A stretch of DNA of 46,229 nt from a virus (taxonomy: Duplodnaviria; Caudoviricetes): IMG/VR virus record IMGVR_UViG_3300033067_001335, positions 1 to 46,229 of that record; one strand, 5' to 3'. Position 1 is the stretch's first letter, and each line of letters starts with the position of its first letter. The position numbers were made by a program, and so were the translations under genes. Below are positions 7,708 through 16,078 of this stretch, one piece after another. The notes under the pieces are model-generated. The model was not told the origin of the DNA and ran no database searches. It was given only the letters and a program-made list of their open reading frames with translations.

Positions 7708-8685
7708 ATGGGTGAGAACACCAAGATCGAGTGGTGCCACCACTCGTTTAATCCGTGGATCGGCTGCACCAAGGTCTCGCCCGGCTGCGCACACTGCTAT
7801 GCCGAGGTCGAAACCTTTGCGCGTGTGCAGCGCAAGCGCGGCAACGAGCTTTGGGGCAAAGATGCCAATCGGCATGTCACCTCAGACGCCAATTGGCGCA
7901 AGCCCTACAAGTGGAACGATGCAGCCACGGCAGCAGGCGAGCGCCATCGTGTCTTTTGCGCGAGTCTGAGCGATGTGTTCGAGGATCGCCGAGATCTCGA
8001 CGAGCCACGCCGCAAGCTGTGGGATCTCATCGAGACCACGCCGAACCTTGACTGGCTGCTGCTCACGAAGCGGCCAGAGAACATTGCGCGATTGATCGAT
8101 CAGCGATGGCTTGAGCACCCACGCCACAACGTGTGGCTCGGCACCACGTGCGAGGATCAGAAGCGCGCCGATGAGCGCATCCCTCACCTGCTGCGTGTGC
8201 CGGCGGCGGTGCGATTCCTAAGCTGCGAGCCATTACTCGGGCCAGTGGATTTGGATTTTTGGATTGATAGCTATTGGGATGCCAGCCTCAAAGACCTGAT
8301 GGGCAATAAAGGCAGTTGGGTAAGAGTCGAATTGCGACATGAGCGTGCATTGCATTGGGTCATTGCTGGCGGTGAAAGTGGTCTACAAGCACGCCCAATG
8401 CGTCCCACTTGGGTGCGCTCCGTCCGCAATCAGTGTGCGCGTGCTGGCGTCCCATTCCTATTCAAACAGTGGGGCGAATGGGTTTATGACGATTCCCCTG
8501 CAAATGAAACGCCTGACGCTTATTTGGGCAAGCCTTGTCTGACGCATGTTGGTGGCCAACGCTTGCCGGATGTTGATGGGCATCGAACGCAAATGGTGCG
8601 CATCGGCAAAGAGGCCGCCGGACGCTTGCTCGATGGCCGTGAGTGGAATGAATACCCAGTGGTGGCCAGTGAGGCCATCGCCTAA
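7708..8685 (+). CDS. Phage Gp37/Gp68 (DUF5131) family protein
   Basis: TKIEWC...FNPWIGCTKVSPGCAHCYAE; LLTKRPEN; RFLSCEPLLG; WVIAGGESG; PFLFKQWG. Confidence 0.95.
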   Translation: MGENTKIEWCHHSFNPWIGCTKVSPGCAHCYAEVETFARVQRKRGNELWGKDANRHVTSDANWRKPYKWNDAATAAGERHRVFCASLSDVFEDRRDLDEPRRKLWDLIETTPNLDWLLLTKRPENIARLIDQRWLEHPRHNVWLGTTCEDQKRADERIPHLLRVPAAVRFLSCEPLLGPVDLDFWIDSYWDASLKDLMGNKGSWVRVELRHERALHWVIAGGESGLQARPMRPTWVRSVRNQCARAGVPFLFKQWGEWVYDDSPANETPDAYLGKPCLTHVGGQRLPDVDGHRTQMVRIGKEAAGRLLDGREWNEYPVVASEAIA

Positions 8686-8710
8686 CCCTTAGTTTCAGGA
8701 AACACCAAAC

Positions 8711-9166
8711 ATGAGCTTTATCCACGTATCTACCGAATCGGGCGATCACATCGCCACGATCGCATCATCGACCGACCCGAACATCAAATCAATCGTCGGC
8801 GAGCTGGTCATGGATCTCATCAACAAAGGCTTTGTGGTCAGCACCCAAGCCCGACCGCAACTCGCCAAGCCAACTGCGCCGGTACCGGCAGCCCAGGACG
8901 CGCCCACCACTCGCCCATGGAAGCGCAAGGAACCATTCGCAGTCGCGCCCGATGCCGAGGCACATCAGATTGGCGACCGGGTGCGTGTGGAGTGGGACTC
9001 GTTGACATTCAACCGACAGCAACTCATGCAGTCGTATCGTGCGCAGCAGGGCGTGATCACTGATGTGAAGCGCGGCAAAGGCGTACGGCAAGGAATCGCC
9101 GTCGAGTTCCCTTCTACGGGCGAATCGATTTGGTTCGGGCGCAATGAGTTGGCCAAGGTCGAGTAA
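8711..9166 (+). CDS. Hypothetical protein with possible C-terminal SH3/KOW-like barrel
   Basis: IGDRVRV...GVITDV...VEF...WFGRNEL. Confidence 0.7.
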   Translation: MSFIHVSTESGDHIATIASSTDPNIKSIVGELVMDLINKGFVVSTQARPQLAKPTAPVPAAQDAPTTRPWKRKEPFAVAPDAEAHQIGDRVRVEWDSLTFNRQQLMQSYRAQQGVITDVKRGKGVRQGIAVEFPSTGESIWFGRNELAKVE

Positions 9167-9168
9167 GC

Positions 9169-9420
9169 ATGGCCCCCATTCCCGACCTCTCTCGCCCCGA
9201 GCTCATCCTGTCGGCCATCCGCACCCACATGAAAGCCAACTACTGCATGCCGACGATCCGGCAGCTGGTGAGCATCACTGGCATCCCGAGCACAAGCGTT
9301 ATTCGGCACCACCTGAAGCGGCTGGTTGCCGACAAGGCGCTCGTCGAAGTGCGACCGGACCATGGTGCCTATGGCCGCTATCAACTGCCCGAGGTAGTGG
9401 AGGCGATCCAAAAGCTATGA
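9169..9420 (+). CDS. LexA-type N-terminal winged-helix DNA-binding domain protein
   Basis: ILSAIRTHMKANYCMPTIRQL...GIPSTSVIRHHLKRL; no peptidase domain. Confidence 0.8.
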   Translation: MAPIPDLSRPELILSAIRTHMKANYCMPTIRQLVSITGIPSTSVIRHHLKRLVADKALVEVRPDHGAYGRYQLPEVVEAIQKL

Positions 9421-9701
9421 GCAAACCAAGCGCCAAACAACAGACCGCCCACAACCGCACACTCGCGGCACTGCCCCTGCCCAGCGAGGAAGTGTTGACG
9501 CCGCGCCGGCGCGTATCGGCCCAGCGCCACGATGCCGAGCTGTATGCGATCCGTCTGAGCAACTTCAAACTAGCGCTCAGCAAGAGCCACATCAAGATCG
9601 AGACGGTGCGTGAGATGTGGCTGGAGTGGTATGGGCAGGATTGGGACGAGGTGGCCGGGGCAACTGAGACGACCGAGCCGGCGGCACCGGCGCAATCGTA
9701 A
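9417..9701 (+). CDS. Hypothetical protein
   Basis: ATGA overlap at 9417. Confidence 0.7.
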   Translation: MSKPSAKQQTAHNRTLAALPLPSEEVLTPRRRVSAQRHDAELYAIRLSNFKLALSKSHIKIETVREMWLEWYGQDWDEVAGATETTEPAAPAQS

Positions 9702-9707
9702 GAAGTT

Positions 9708-9769
9708 GGCAGCGTGTTGGAGCCACGCTGCCGTTGGCATTGGGTACGGAGAAACACCGACCCAATGCC
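9708..9769 (+). other. Tandem RNA hairpins in an intergenic leader
   Basis: GGCAGCGTG-ttggagc-CACGCTGCC and GGCATTGGGT-a-CGG-agaaaca-CCG-ACCCAATGCC. Confidence 0.7.
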
Positions 9770-9796
9770 GCTGGAGATTATTAAACGGAGAAACCC

Positions 9797-10183
9797 ATGA
9801 AGCAAGCTAGACGTTTTATCGCCCTAGTCTTGGTTGTGTTGCTGGCTGCATGCAGCAATGGCAAACAAGGCAGTAATACCAGCGGCATCAACCGCATTCG
9901 GGCGACGGCATTGGCGGCCCAGCAACGCGAGGCCGAACAGCCCACCCCGCCGCCCGCGCCAGTTGAGATTGTCGTTCAGCCGACGCAGCCGCCAATTGAG
10001 CAGGCGCAACCTGCCCCAGCGAGCGGCGCACACTTTGTTCAGGCCGATGTTGATCGGCTTGAGTTCGGCGTGGCGTTGCTCATCATTCTGGCGGCGTTTT
10101 TTCTCGGTTGCGTTGTGGGGTCAGTGACGACGACCTATTGGCTCGGCCCAAAGGAGGTCAAGCGTGAACCAGCAACCCGATAA
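9797..10183 (+). CDS. Lipoprotein with C-terminal TM helix
   Basis: MKQARRFIALVLVVLLAAC lipobox, Pro/Gln linker, TM FGVALLIILAAFFLGCVVG. Confidence 0.8.
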   Translation: MKQARRFIALVLVVLLAACSNGKQGSNTSGINRIRATALAAQQREAEQPTPPPAPVEIVVQPTQPPIEQAQPAPASGAHFVQADVDRLEFGVALLIILAAFFLGCVVGSVTTTYWLGPKEVKREPATR

Positions 10184-11411
10184 ACCCCCCATCACCCCCT
10201 CAGTCGTCAAAGGCGGGGCTTACGCCCTGCTGACGGCGGGCGCGTTGATGTTCGTCGTGATTGTCGTCGGCTCGTGGCTCACCATCAACCGGCTGGGTCA
10301 GGTTTATTTCGCGCCGATGATCCCTGAAGAGACGCGCGCGGCCTATCGTCTCATCGTCTACTTCGTGGCCACAACGACGACCGGCATTCCCACCCTACTG
10401 ACGCTCGTGCTGACTTTCCAAAACAACACGCTGCGCAACGGGGCCAAGGCCATCATGCGCATCATCACCATGATTTGGGCCATCATCGTGACGATCCTCT
10501 GCTTGTTTTCGTTTGCCATGGACTTTGGCAACGACATGTTGACCGGCTTCGAATCGGTGCTAGGCATCGCGCCGGTGATCTTCGCGGGGATTGGCGGTCT
10601 CAACCTGATCGCCGTGGTCAGTGTGATTTTGGTGAGTTTCACCGGCAGCGAAGAACATTCGAGCGTTAGCGGCGCAGTGGGCGGCATTATGGTTTGGATG
10701 TCCGAATTTGTCTTGGCGCTGGCTGGGTTCGGCTTCGAGGCTTACTACGGCCTGTCGATTGGCATCCAAGCGCTAGTGGCTTCATTGGCTGCCATGCTGA
10801 TGAGCGGCGGCTTTGTCATGTCGCTGGCCAAGCTGCACGATGCCCGCCGCCGCCATGACGACTTTGATAAGCGCGTTTGGGGCGCGGTGTCGGTGATCTT
10901 CGTGGCCTACATCGGCATCGTCGGGGCTACCGCTGGCGCTCACCTATCGGGCCGTGAAGACCTGATCCCCGGCTTCATTCTGGCGATCGGCGAACGCGCC
11001 TTTTTCTTCAGCCAAGCCCTACTCGCTGTTGTTATGTGGATTGCCAAAATCTACACCGACAACATCGACTGGATTGATGGCAAGCGACCTGAGCCGGTGA
11101 CGGTGACGCGCCCGCCGATGACTGATCGGCTGTTGGGCGCGGCCAAAACGGTGCGCGACTTTCGGGACACTTTGCGCAATGGCGGGACACGTGTCCCGGA
11201 ACTGCCAAGTGGGGGGAGTGTCCCGCCGAGCACCGCGCCGCATGAGGGTCTGCCGATTGTGGCTGGCAATGATGGCACTTGGCGGGAAGCAGGTATCCCT
11301 GCTTCAGCTGGTGTCCCGCTGAATAGCGAACAACAGGACTCGGCGGGACACATTGCCGACGCGGATGTTGAGAACGCTGGGACACCTGACCCAAAAGCAC
11401 CCGGCCCATAG
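10164..11411 (+). CDS. Polytopic membrane protein (about 8 TM) with low-complexity tail
   Basis: AAGGAGGT RBS, GTG start, multiple hydrophobic segments. Confidence 0.85.
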   Translation: MNQQPDKPPITPSVVKGGAYALLTAGALMFVVIVVGSWLTINRLGQVYFAPMIPEETRAAYRLIVYFVATTTTGIPTLLTLVLTFQNNTLRNGAKAIMRIITMIWAIIVTILCLFSFAMDFGNDMLTGFESVLGIAPVIFAGIGGLNLIAVVSVILVSFTGSEEHSSVSGAVGGIMVWMSEFVLALAGFGFEAYYGLSIGIQALVASLAAMLMSGGFVMSLAKLHDARRRHDDFDKRVWGAVSVIFVAYIGIVGATAGAHLSGREDLIPGFILAIGERAFFFSQALLAVVMWIAKIYTDNIDWIDGKRPEPVTVTRPPMTDRLLGAAKTVRDFRDTLRNGGTRVPELPSGGSVPPSTAPHEGLPIVAGNDGTWREAGIPASAGVPLNSEQQDSAGHIADADVENAGTPDPKAPGP

Positions 11412-11528
11412 ACAGCGAGACACCCAGCAACGACTTCGGGACACCTGAAACCGGTCGGGACACGTGTCCCGACGCCGAAAACAGTGTCCCGAAGTCGGAA
11501 GATGGGCCGGAAGACGACGATGTGTCCC
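11164..11528. repeat. Array of 12 exact GGGACAC/GTGTCCC motifs including two palindromes
   Basis: Copies at 11164, 11184, 11191, 11218, 11311, 11345, 11379, 11438, 11457, 11464, 11484, 11522. Confidence 0.9.
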
Positions 11529-11734
11529 GCGACGACGAGATCAGGATTCGATCAAAGGGTGATGGACGATTCGCGTTTTTTAAGGGCAGACGACGTATCC
11601 CGGAGATGGGATACATGGCCGAGGGAGACCTAACCGATGAGCAGTTCACAAGACATAAAGACAACGCCGAACAGCAGCGCCGGTGGAAACGGGCCGCAGC
11701 CGCTCGGCATGCAGGGGGCAGTGTTGGCGCATAG
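11390..11734 (+). CDS. Probable -1 frameshift extension of the membrane protein (acidic linker plus basic domain)
   Basis: Slippery C-CCA-AAA at 11390-11396; -1 frame open from exactly 11390 to TAG 11734. Confidence 0.65.
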   Translation, partial: PKSTRPIDSETPSNDFGTPETGRDTCPDAENSVPKSEDGPEDDDVSRDDEIRIRSKGDGRFAFFKGRRRIPEMGYMAEGDLTDEQFTRHKDNAEQQRRWKRAAAARHAGGSVGA

Positions 11735-12077
11735 CCTGCGTCAGCTAGAGAAGGCGGGATACCCATTTGTGGTCGAGGACACGCCGGACGGCGTGGTGAT
11801 CAAGGTATCCCGCCTACACACGACAACCAGTAAGAATGGCAATCTGGTATTCGATGGCGTGAAGGGGAGTGCGCCAATTGCGGCCAAAGCTGCGCAGCCA
11901 AAGCCTCAATATGAAATCAGGCAAGTCGAGGCTGGGCCAATTGGGCCGGGCAATAAAACAATGGAGCGGCTGTTTGCCGATGGCTGGGAGTTGGTGCAGT
12001 CAGTGGACATGCATGGCAAGAGCAATGGGGTGCCGGTATGGATGCACACCATTCGGCGTGAGGCGGTGAACCAGTGA
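11709..12077 (+). CDS. Hypothetical protein with DUF4177-like C-terminus (start uncertain)
   Basis: QYEIRQV...MERLFADGWELVQ...IRR. Confidence 0.65.
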   Translation: MQGAVLAHSLRQLEKAGYPFVVEDTPDGVVIKVSRLHTTTSKNGNLVFDGVKGSAPIAAKAAQPKPQYEIRQVEAGPIGPGNKTMERLFADGWELVQSVDMHGKSNGVPVWMHTIRREAVNQ

Positions 12078-12274
12078 CCGTAATCGAAGTCGCCGGCACC
12101 AGCGCCGCGCCCACTGTCCCAAACGACAAGGCGCTCGACGAGGGCTTTTTTGTGGCCGTGCTAGACAAGCTGGAGGGCTGGTTGACCAACAACCAGCCCG
12201 GCACCCAGCTCCGGCTCGCATTGCTGCGCACCAGCCAGACGGCATTCGCAGCCGCCATCAAGGAGACCGATTAG
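12074..12274 (+). CDS. Hypothetical protein
   Basis: GTGA overlap; ends 3 nt before the ATPase gene. Confidence 0.7.
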   Translation: MTVIEVAGTSAAPTVPNDKALDEGFFVAVLDKLEGWLTNNQPGTQLRLALLRTSQTAFAAAIKETD

Positions 12275-12277
12275 CCA

Positions 12278-13360
12278 ATGTTTGTCACAATCACCGACGA
12301 CATCCGGCGCAAGGTCAACGAGGCCTTCGCCGACCTAGTAGGGCAGGGGCTGGCCATCAATATGCTGAAGCGCAAGCTCGCCACGGCCCTCGCCCAATCC
12401 CCGCCGACCCTCGGCGAGACGATCCTATTGGCCGGGCCGCCGAGCACCGGCAAGACCACACTCGCGAGCCGCATGGCCTCAGTGCTGGGGTTTCCATTCG
12501 TGGAGATCGATGGCAAGACCATCAAAACCCGCGAGCAGATGTTCGCCATGCTGGAGACCGCTGCCAATGCCTCAGACATGGCCTTCAGCCGCCAAGGTCA
12601 GGATAAGGGCGGCCTGCCGGTCTACGCGGTGCCCTCGATCATGATGTTCATCGACGAGGCCCAGCAGGTCTCCGAGGATCTCCAGAACGCGCTGTTGGCT
12701 GCCTTGGAGCCCAAGCAACGCCGCGTGGTGATCAACCATCCCGAGGGCAAACGGGTGATGCTCACACACAGCCTGTGCATGGTGCTGGCCACGACCCATG
12801 TCACCGAGCTGGGCGATGCCTTCCGCTCGCGGTGCACCGAGATTCGCCTGCAGAGCTACACCATCGACGAAGTGGCCGAGATGGTGACACGCACAGCGCC
12901 GATGGTGGGCGGCACCGTGGCTACCCTCATCGCTGGCGTGAGCCGAGCCATTCCCCGGCAGGCGCTGATGTATCTGCGCGATGCATTCGACGAGTCAGGG
13001 TGGAGCGGGGACGGCAACCTTGAGGCCTGCGTCAAGCGCGTGGCCAAGGAGCGCGGCATCACGAGCACCAATGGGATCAGCCTCAACGATGAGCGCTACA
13101 TGGAGGTGCTGCATGCCAACCGCGCCACCTCCACGATGGGCGGTAAGCCGCTTGGGCTGAATACCGTGATCGCCACGCTGTATGACCTAGAGCGATCCGA
13201 GGTCATCGATGAGATCGAGGCGTGGCTGCTGAAACTCGGCTACATCAACATCGTGCAGGGTGGGCGCGTGTTGACTGGGCAGGGATCGCGCTATGTGCAG
13301 AACATGTTGGCCGATCGCGACGAGTGCCGAGATGGGCGCGTGGCCGCGGCGGGGAAGTGA
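12278..13360 (+). CDS. ruvB: RuvB-like AAA+ ATPase
   Basis: GPPSTGKTT Walker A, MFIDE Walker B, ATT sensor 1, FRSR Arg finger, SRAIPR sensor 2, C-terminal wHTH GLNT...IEAWLLKLGYI...GR. Confidence 0.85.
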   Translation: MFVTITDDIRRKVNEAFADLVGQGLAINMLKRKLATALAQSPPTLGETILLAGPPSTGKTTLASRMASVLGFPFVEIDGKTIKTREQMFAMLETAANASDMAFSRQGQDKGGLPVYAVPSIMMFIDEAQQVSEDLQNALLAALEPKQRRVVINHPEGKRVMLTHSLCMVLATTHVTELGDAFRSRCTEIRLQSYTIDEVAEMVTRTAPMVGGTVATLIAGVSRAIPRQALMYLRDAFDESGWSGDGNLEACVKRVAKERGITSTNGISLNDERYMEVLHANRATSTMGGKPLGLNTVIATLYDLERSEVIDEIEAWLLKLGYINIVQGGRVLTGQGSRYVQNMLADRDECRDGRVAAAGK

Positions 13361-13372
13361 GGTTAGGCAATT

Positions 13373-14071
13373 ATGGGAAAGCAATTCTTTTCATACGACC
13401 CAAGTGAGGGGTTCGACCTGTGGAACACAGAAGAGGCGGCGCGCAGCGCAGCTCAACATCACCTTGACTCAAGCCTTCAGGATGGGTGCTGGTGTTTTGA
13501 GGAAAGCGAGATGCAAGAGATCAGCTGGGGGCGCATCACTGAGTCAGCCCAAGTCACAATGCGAACACTGCGGCCTGCCGATTTGGATGAAGAGGGCCTG
13601 GATCGAAATGGCAACTATTGGAGCCCCGGCATCGACGAGAAAATTGACTACAAGATGATGCCACCATCAAGCAAGCCCATGCCGCGCATCGTTTGTCTGT
13701 GTGGATCAACGCGATTCTGGCGCGACTTTCAGCGTGCGAGCCTGAGCGAGACCATGGCCGGGCGCATCGTGTTGTCGATCGGCGCGGCCAGTGGCACCGA
13801 TGACGAGCATTTTGGCAATCTGCCACCCGGCGAATACGCTCGCATCAAGGCCAAACTCGACGAGTTGCACAAACGCAAAATCGATTTGGCCGACGAGGTA
13901 CTCGTGCTCAACGTCGGCGGGTATATCGGCGAGAGCACGCGCAGCGAGGTGGCTTACGCAATTGAGCACAACAAGCAAATAAGGTGGCTCGAACCATACG
14001 TTGCACCGTTGGCCGTAACGCTTTCGAGCTCGGTGATTGATGCGTTGCGCGATAGCGTAAGGGGGGACTAG
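13373..14071 (+). CDS. Two-domain protein; C-terminal nucleoside 2-deoxyribosyltransferase-like (DUF4406-like) domain
   Basis: IVCLCGSTRF...HKRKIDLADEVLVLNVGGYIGESTRSEVAYA. Confidence 0.75.
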   Translation: MGKQFFSYDPSEGFDLWNTEEAARSAAQHHLDSSLQDGCWCFEESEMQEISWGRITESAQVTMRTLRPADLDEEGLDRNGNYWSPGIDEKIDYKMMPPSSKPMPRIVCLCGSTRFWRDFQRASLSETMAGRIVLSIGAASGTDDEHFGNLPPGEYARIKAKLDELHKRKIDLADEVLVLNVGGYIGESTRSEVAYAIEHNKQIRWLEPYVAPLAVTLSSSVIDALRDSVRGD

Positions 14072-14078
14072 CGCAACT

Positions 14079-14447
14079 ATGAAACAACCATCAATTGCGC
14101 CCGCTTACGCGTTTCTCTATCCAATCTTATGCGAGGCCGCACGGGCCAAAGGCTATGCACTTGGTATGCACGGGACATTGCAACGCGACCTAGATGTGAT
14201 CGCAGTGCCGTGGACGGAAGACGCGGCATCGACGGACGATCTTGTTGCCGCCATTAAACAGGCATGTGATGGGTTTATTTTTGGCGCACCCGAAGACCCT
14301 AACGATGTGGGTGCGCCCTACGTCAGCCCAGCGCATCGACCTCATGGCAGATTGGCATGGAGTATTTACATTACCGATAGAGTCTATGTTGACCTGTCGG
14401 TCATGCCGCGTCTACCGATCAGCGGCGAGGAGGTCAGCCCCCAATGA
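14079..14447 (+). CDS. Conserved phage protein, possible minimal nucleotidyltransferase fold
   Basis: GYALGMHGTLQRDLDVIAVPW...VDLSVMP (GS/GT..DxD..D pattern). Confidence 0.7.
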   Translation: MKQPSIAPAYAFLYPILCEAARAKGYALGMHGTLQRDLDVIAVPWTEDAASTDDLVAAIKQACDGFIFGAPEDPNDVGAPYVSPAHRPHGRLAWSIYITDRVYVDLSVMPRLPISGEEVSPQ

Positions 14448-14833
14448 AATGCATCTCCATCCGCCAGCCATGGGCGAGCCTCATCATCCACCACGGCAAG
14501 GACATCGAGAACCGCAATTGGGCATCGTCCTATCGCGGCCCATTGCTCATCCACGCCTCGAGCACCAAGCGCGCCGATGAGTGGTGGCCAGCGATTGAGT
14601 TGTGCCGGCGCATTGGGCTTGAGTTCACACTCAGGCCCAGCCAAGTGCCCTACGGCGCAATCATCGGCGTCGTCGACATAATCGGCTGTGTGGACCAGTC
14701 GCCATCGCCGTGGTTTGTGGGCCGCTTTGGGTTTGAGTTGGCCAAGCCGCGCGAGCTGCCGATGCTGGTGATGAAGGGGAAGCTGGGATTGTTTGAAGTG
14801 GCATATCAGATGCCGGAAGGGGTTGCAGCATGA
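14444..14833 (+). CDS. ASCH domain protein
   Basis: SIRQPWASLI...GKDIENR.W...RGPLLIHAS; GAIIG; KGKLGLF. Confidence 0.92.
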   Translation: MKCISIRQPWASLIIHHGKDIENRNWASSYRGPLLIHASSTKRADEWWPAIELCRRIGLEFTLRPSQVPYGAIIGVVDIIGCVDQSPSPWFVGRFGFELAKPRELPMLVMKGKLGLFEVAYQMPEGVAA

Positions 14834-15288
14834 ACCAATTCAACGTCAAAAACTACACCTCAAGCGTGCCACCGGCGCGCACTGCCGAGCGCATCGAGGC
14901 ATTCTTAGCCAGCGCTGGCGCGACACACATCTCGAAGCGCTATGACAACGGACGGATCACCGGCATCGACTTCATGATCGAGGCCGAGCCGGGTGTGCCG
15001 CTGTCGTTTCGCCTGCCGGTCGATGTGGATGCGGTCCGCGATTACATGGTGCGACAGCGCAAGACACGCATGACACAGGTGCAGCTGCGCAACATGAAAG
15101 AGCAAGCCGAGCGCACGGCATGGCGACTGATGCAAGACTGGGTTGAAGCCCAGCTCAGTCTGGTGGTCACCAAGCAAGCTGAGGTGGCACAGGTGTTCAT
15201 GCCGTATTTGCTTAGTGGCGAGCGGACGTTCTATTACGCGGTCAAAGAGCGAGGCTTTGCGCAGTTGGCCGCGCCGAAGGGGGAGTGA
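14830..15288 (+). CDS. Conserved phage hypothetical protein
   Basis: KNYTSSV...QAERTAWRLMQDWVEAQ...FMPY; ATGA coupling. Confidence 0.85.
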   Translation: MNQFNVKNYTSSVPPARTAERIEAFLASAGATHISKRYDNGRITGIDFMIEAEPGVPLSFRLPVDVDAVRDYMVRQRKTRMTQVQLRNMKEQAERTAWRLMQDWVEAQLSLVVTKQAEVAQVFMPYLLSGERTFYYAVKERGFAQLAAPKGE

Positions 15289-15292
15289 AAGG

Positions 15293-15538
15293 ATGCTGAC
15301 AGAAGAACAATATCAAGAGTGGCTGGCATCACTGCCAGAGCCTCAGCAGAAGGTGATCCGTGCGATCAATGCTATCGGGACCGCAGCTGAAGCAGTGCTG
15401 GAGGTTGAGCCAATCCCATATGCCGAGGCTACTTGGTGGACCGATTGGTTGGTGGTCGTCGCGGATATCAAGAAGCTCAACGCATACGCGAATTCGTATT
15501 GCATGCCGCCCGATACAAGCGGGGAGGGAGGTCAATAA
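15293..15538 (+). CDS. Hypothetical protein
   Basis: GGGGAG RBS before ATG 15293; fills the gap. Confidence 0.7.
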   Translation: MLTEEQYQEWLASLPEPQQKVIRAINAIGTAAEAVLEVEPIPYAEATWWTDWLVVVADIKKLNAYANSYCMPPDTSGEGGQ

Positions 15539-15540
15539 GC

Positions 15541-16035
15541 ATGAAACTTTCCACACTATTTTCGGCCTACCAAGAAGCGGCACAGGCATGTGAGCAGCTG
15601 CGAGCGGCGCGATGCATGAATGGGCGAAACAAAAGCATTGGCGCAGCGACCGATGTGGCTGCCCGGCAATGGCAACGACGCCATCGGCAAGCCGAGACAT
15701 TAATTGTCGAGATCGAGGAACGAATATTGGATATAGAAGAAATCCCAGCACACGGCCCAATAGGGTCGATGTTCAAGCGCATTCATTACGAGGCCACGAC
15801 GGGAATGGAATCATATCCAGACCCCAGCGGCTTAGTGGTCGCACTCATGGAGGAAGTCGGCGAACTCGCGCGAGCCATGATGAGTGAGCCGCGCGAAAAC
15901 ATCCGAGCCGAAGCCGTGCAGGTGGCTGCGCTGGCCATTCGGATTGCGATTGAAGGCGATCCGACCTTGGATGGGATTCGGGAAAAGAACGATGCCGACT
16001 TCCCATTGCCGCCAATCTTGGTATATGGGCCTTAG
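15541..16035 (+). CDS. Protein with C-terminal MazG-like NTP pyrophosphohydrolase domain
   Basis: GGAGG RBS; ALMEEVGELARAM...AEAVQVAALAIRI. Confidence 0.75.
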   Translation: MKLSTLFSAYQEAAQACEQLRAARCMNGRNKSIGAATDVAARQWQRRHRQAETLIVEIEERILDIEEIPAHGPIGSMFKRIHYEATTGMESYPDPSGLVVALMEEVGELARAMMSEPRENIRAEAVQVAALAIRIAIEGDPTLDGIREKNDADFPLPPILVYGP

Positions 16036-16078
16036 TGCATTTGATGACGCGACCAATTGGTCGCACTAAAGAAACAAT

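Noticed and set aside
11164-11528. GGGACAC array as a CRISPR array
   Set aside because: Repeat is only 7-8 bp, irregularly spaced and in both orientations; no cas genes
12129-12152. Hairpin plus T6 inside ORF 12074-12274 as a terminator
   Set aside because: Short stem with a mismatch, 3-nt loop, inside a coding region; the Ts encode Phe-Phe
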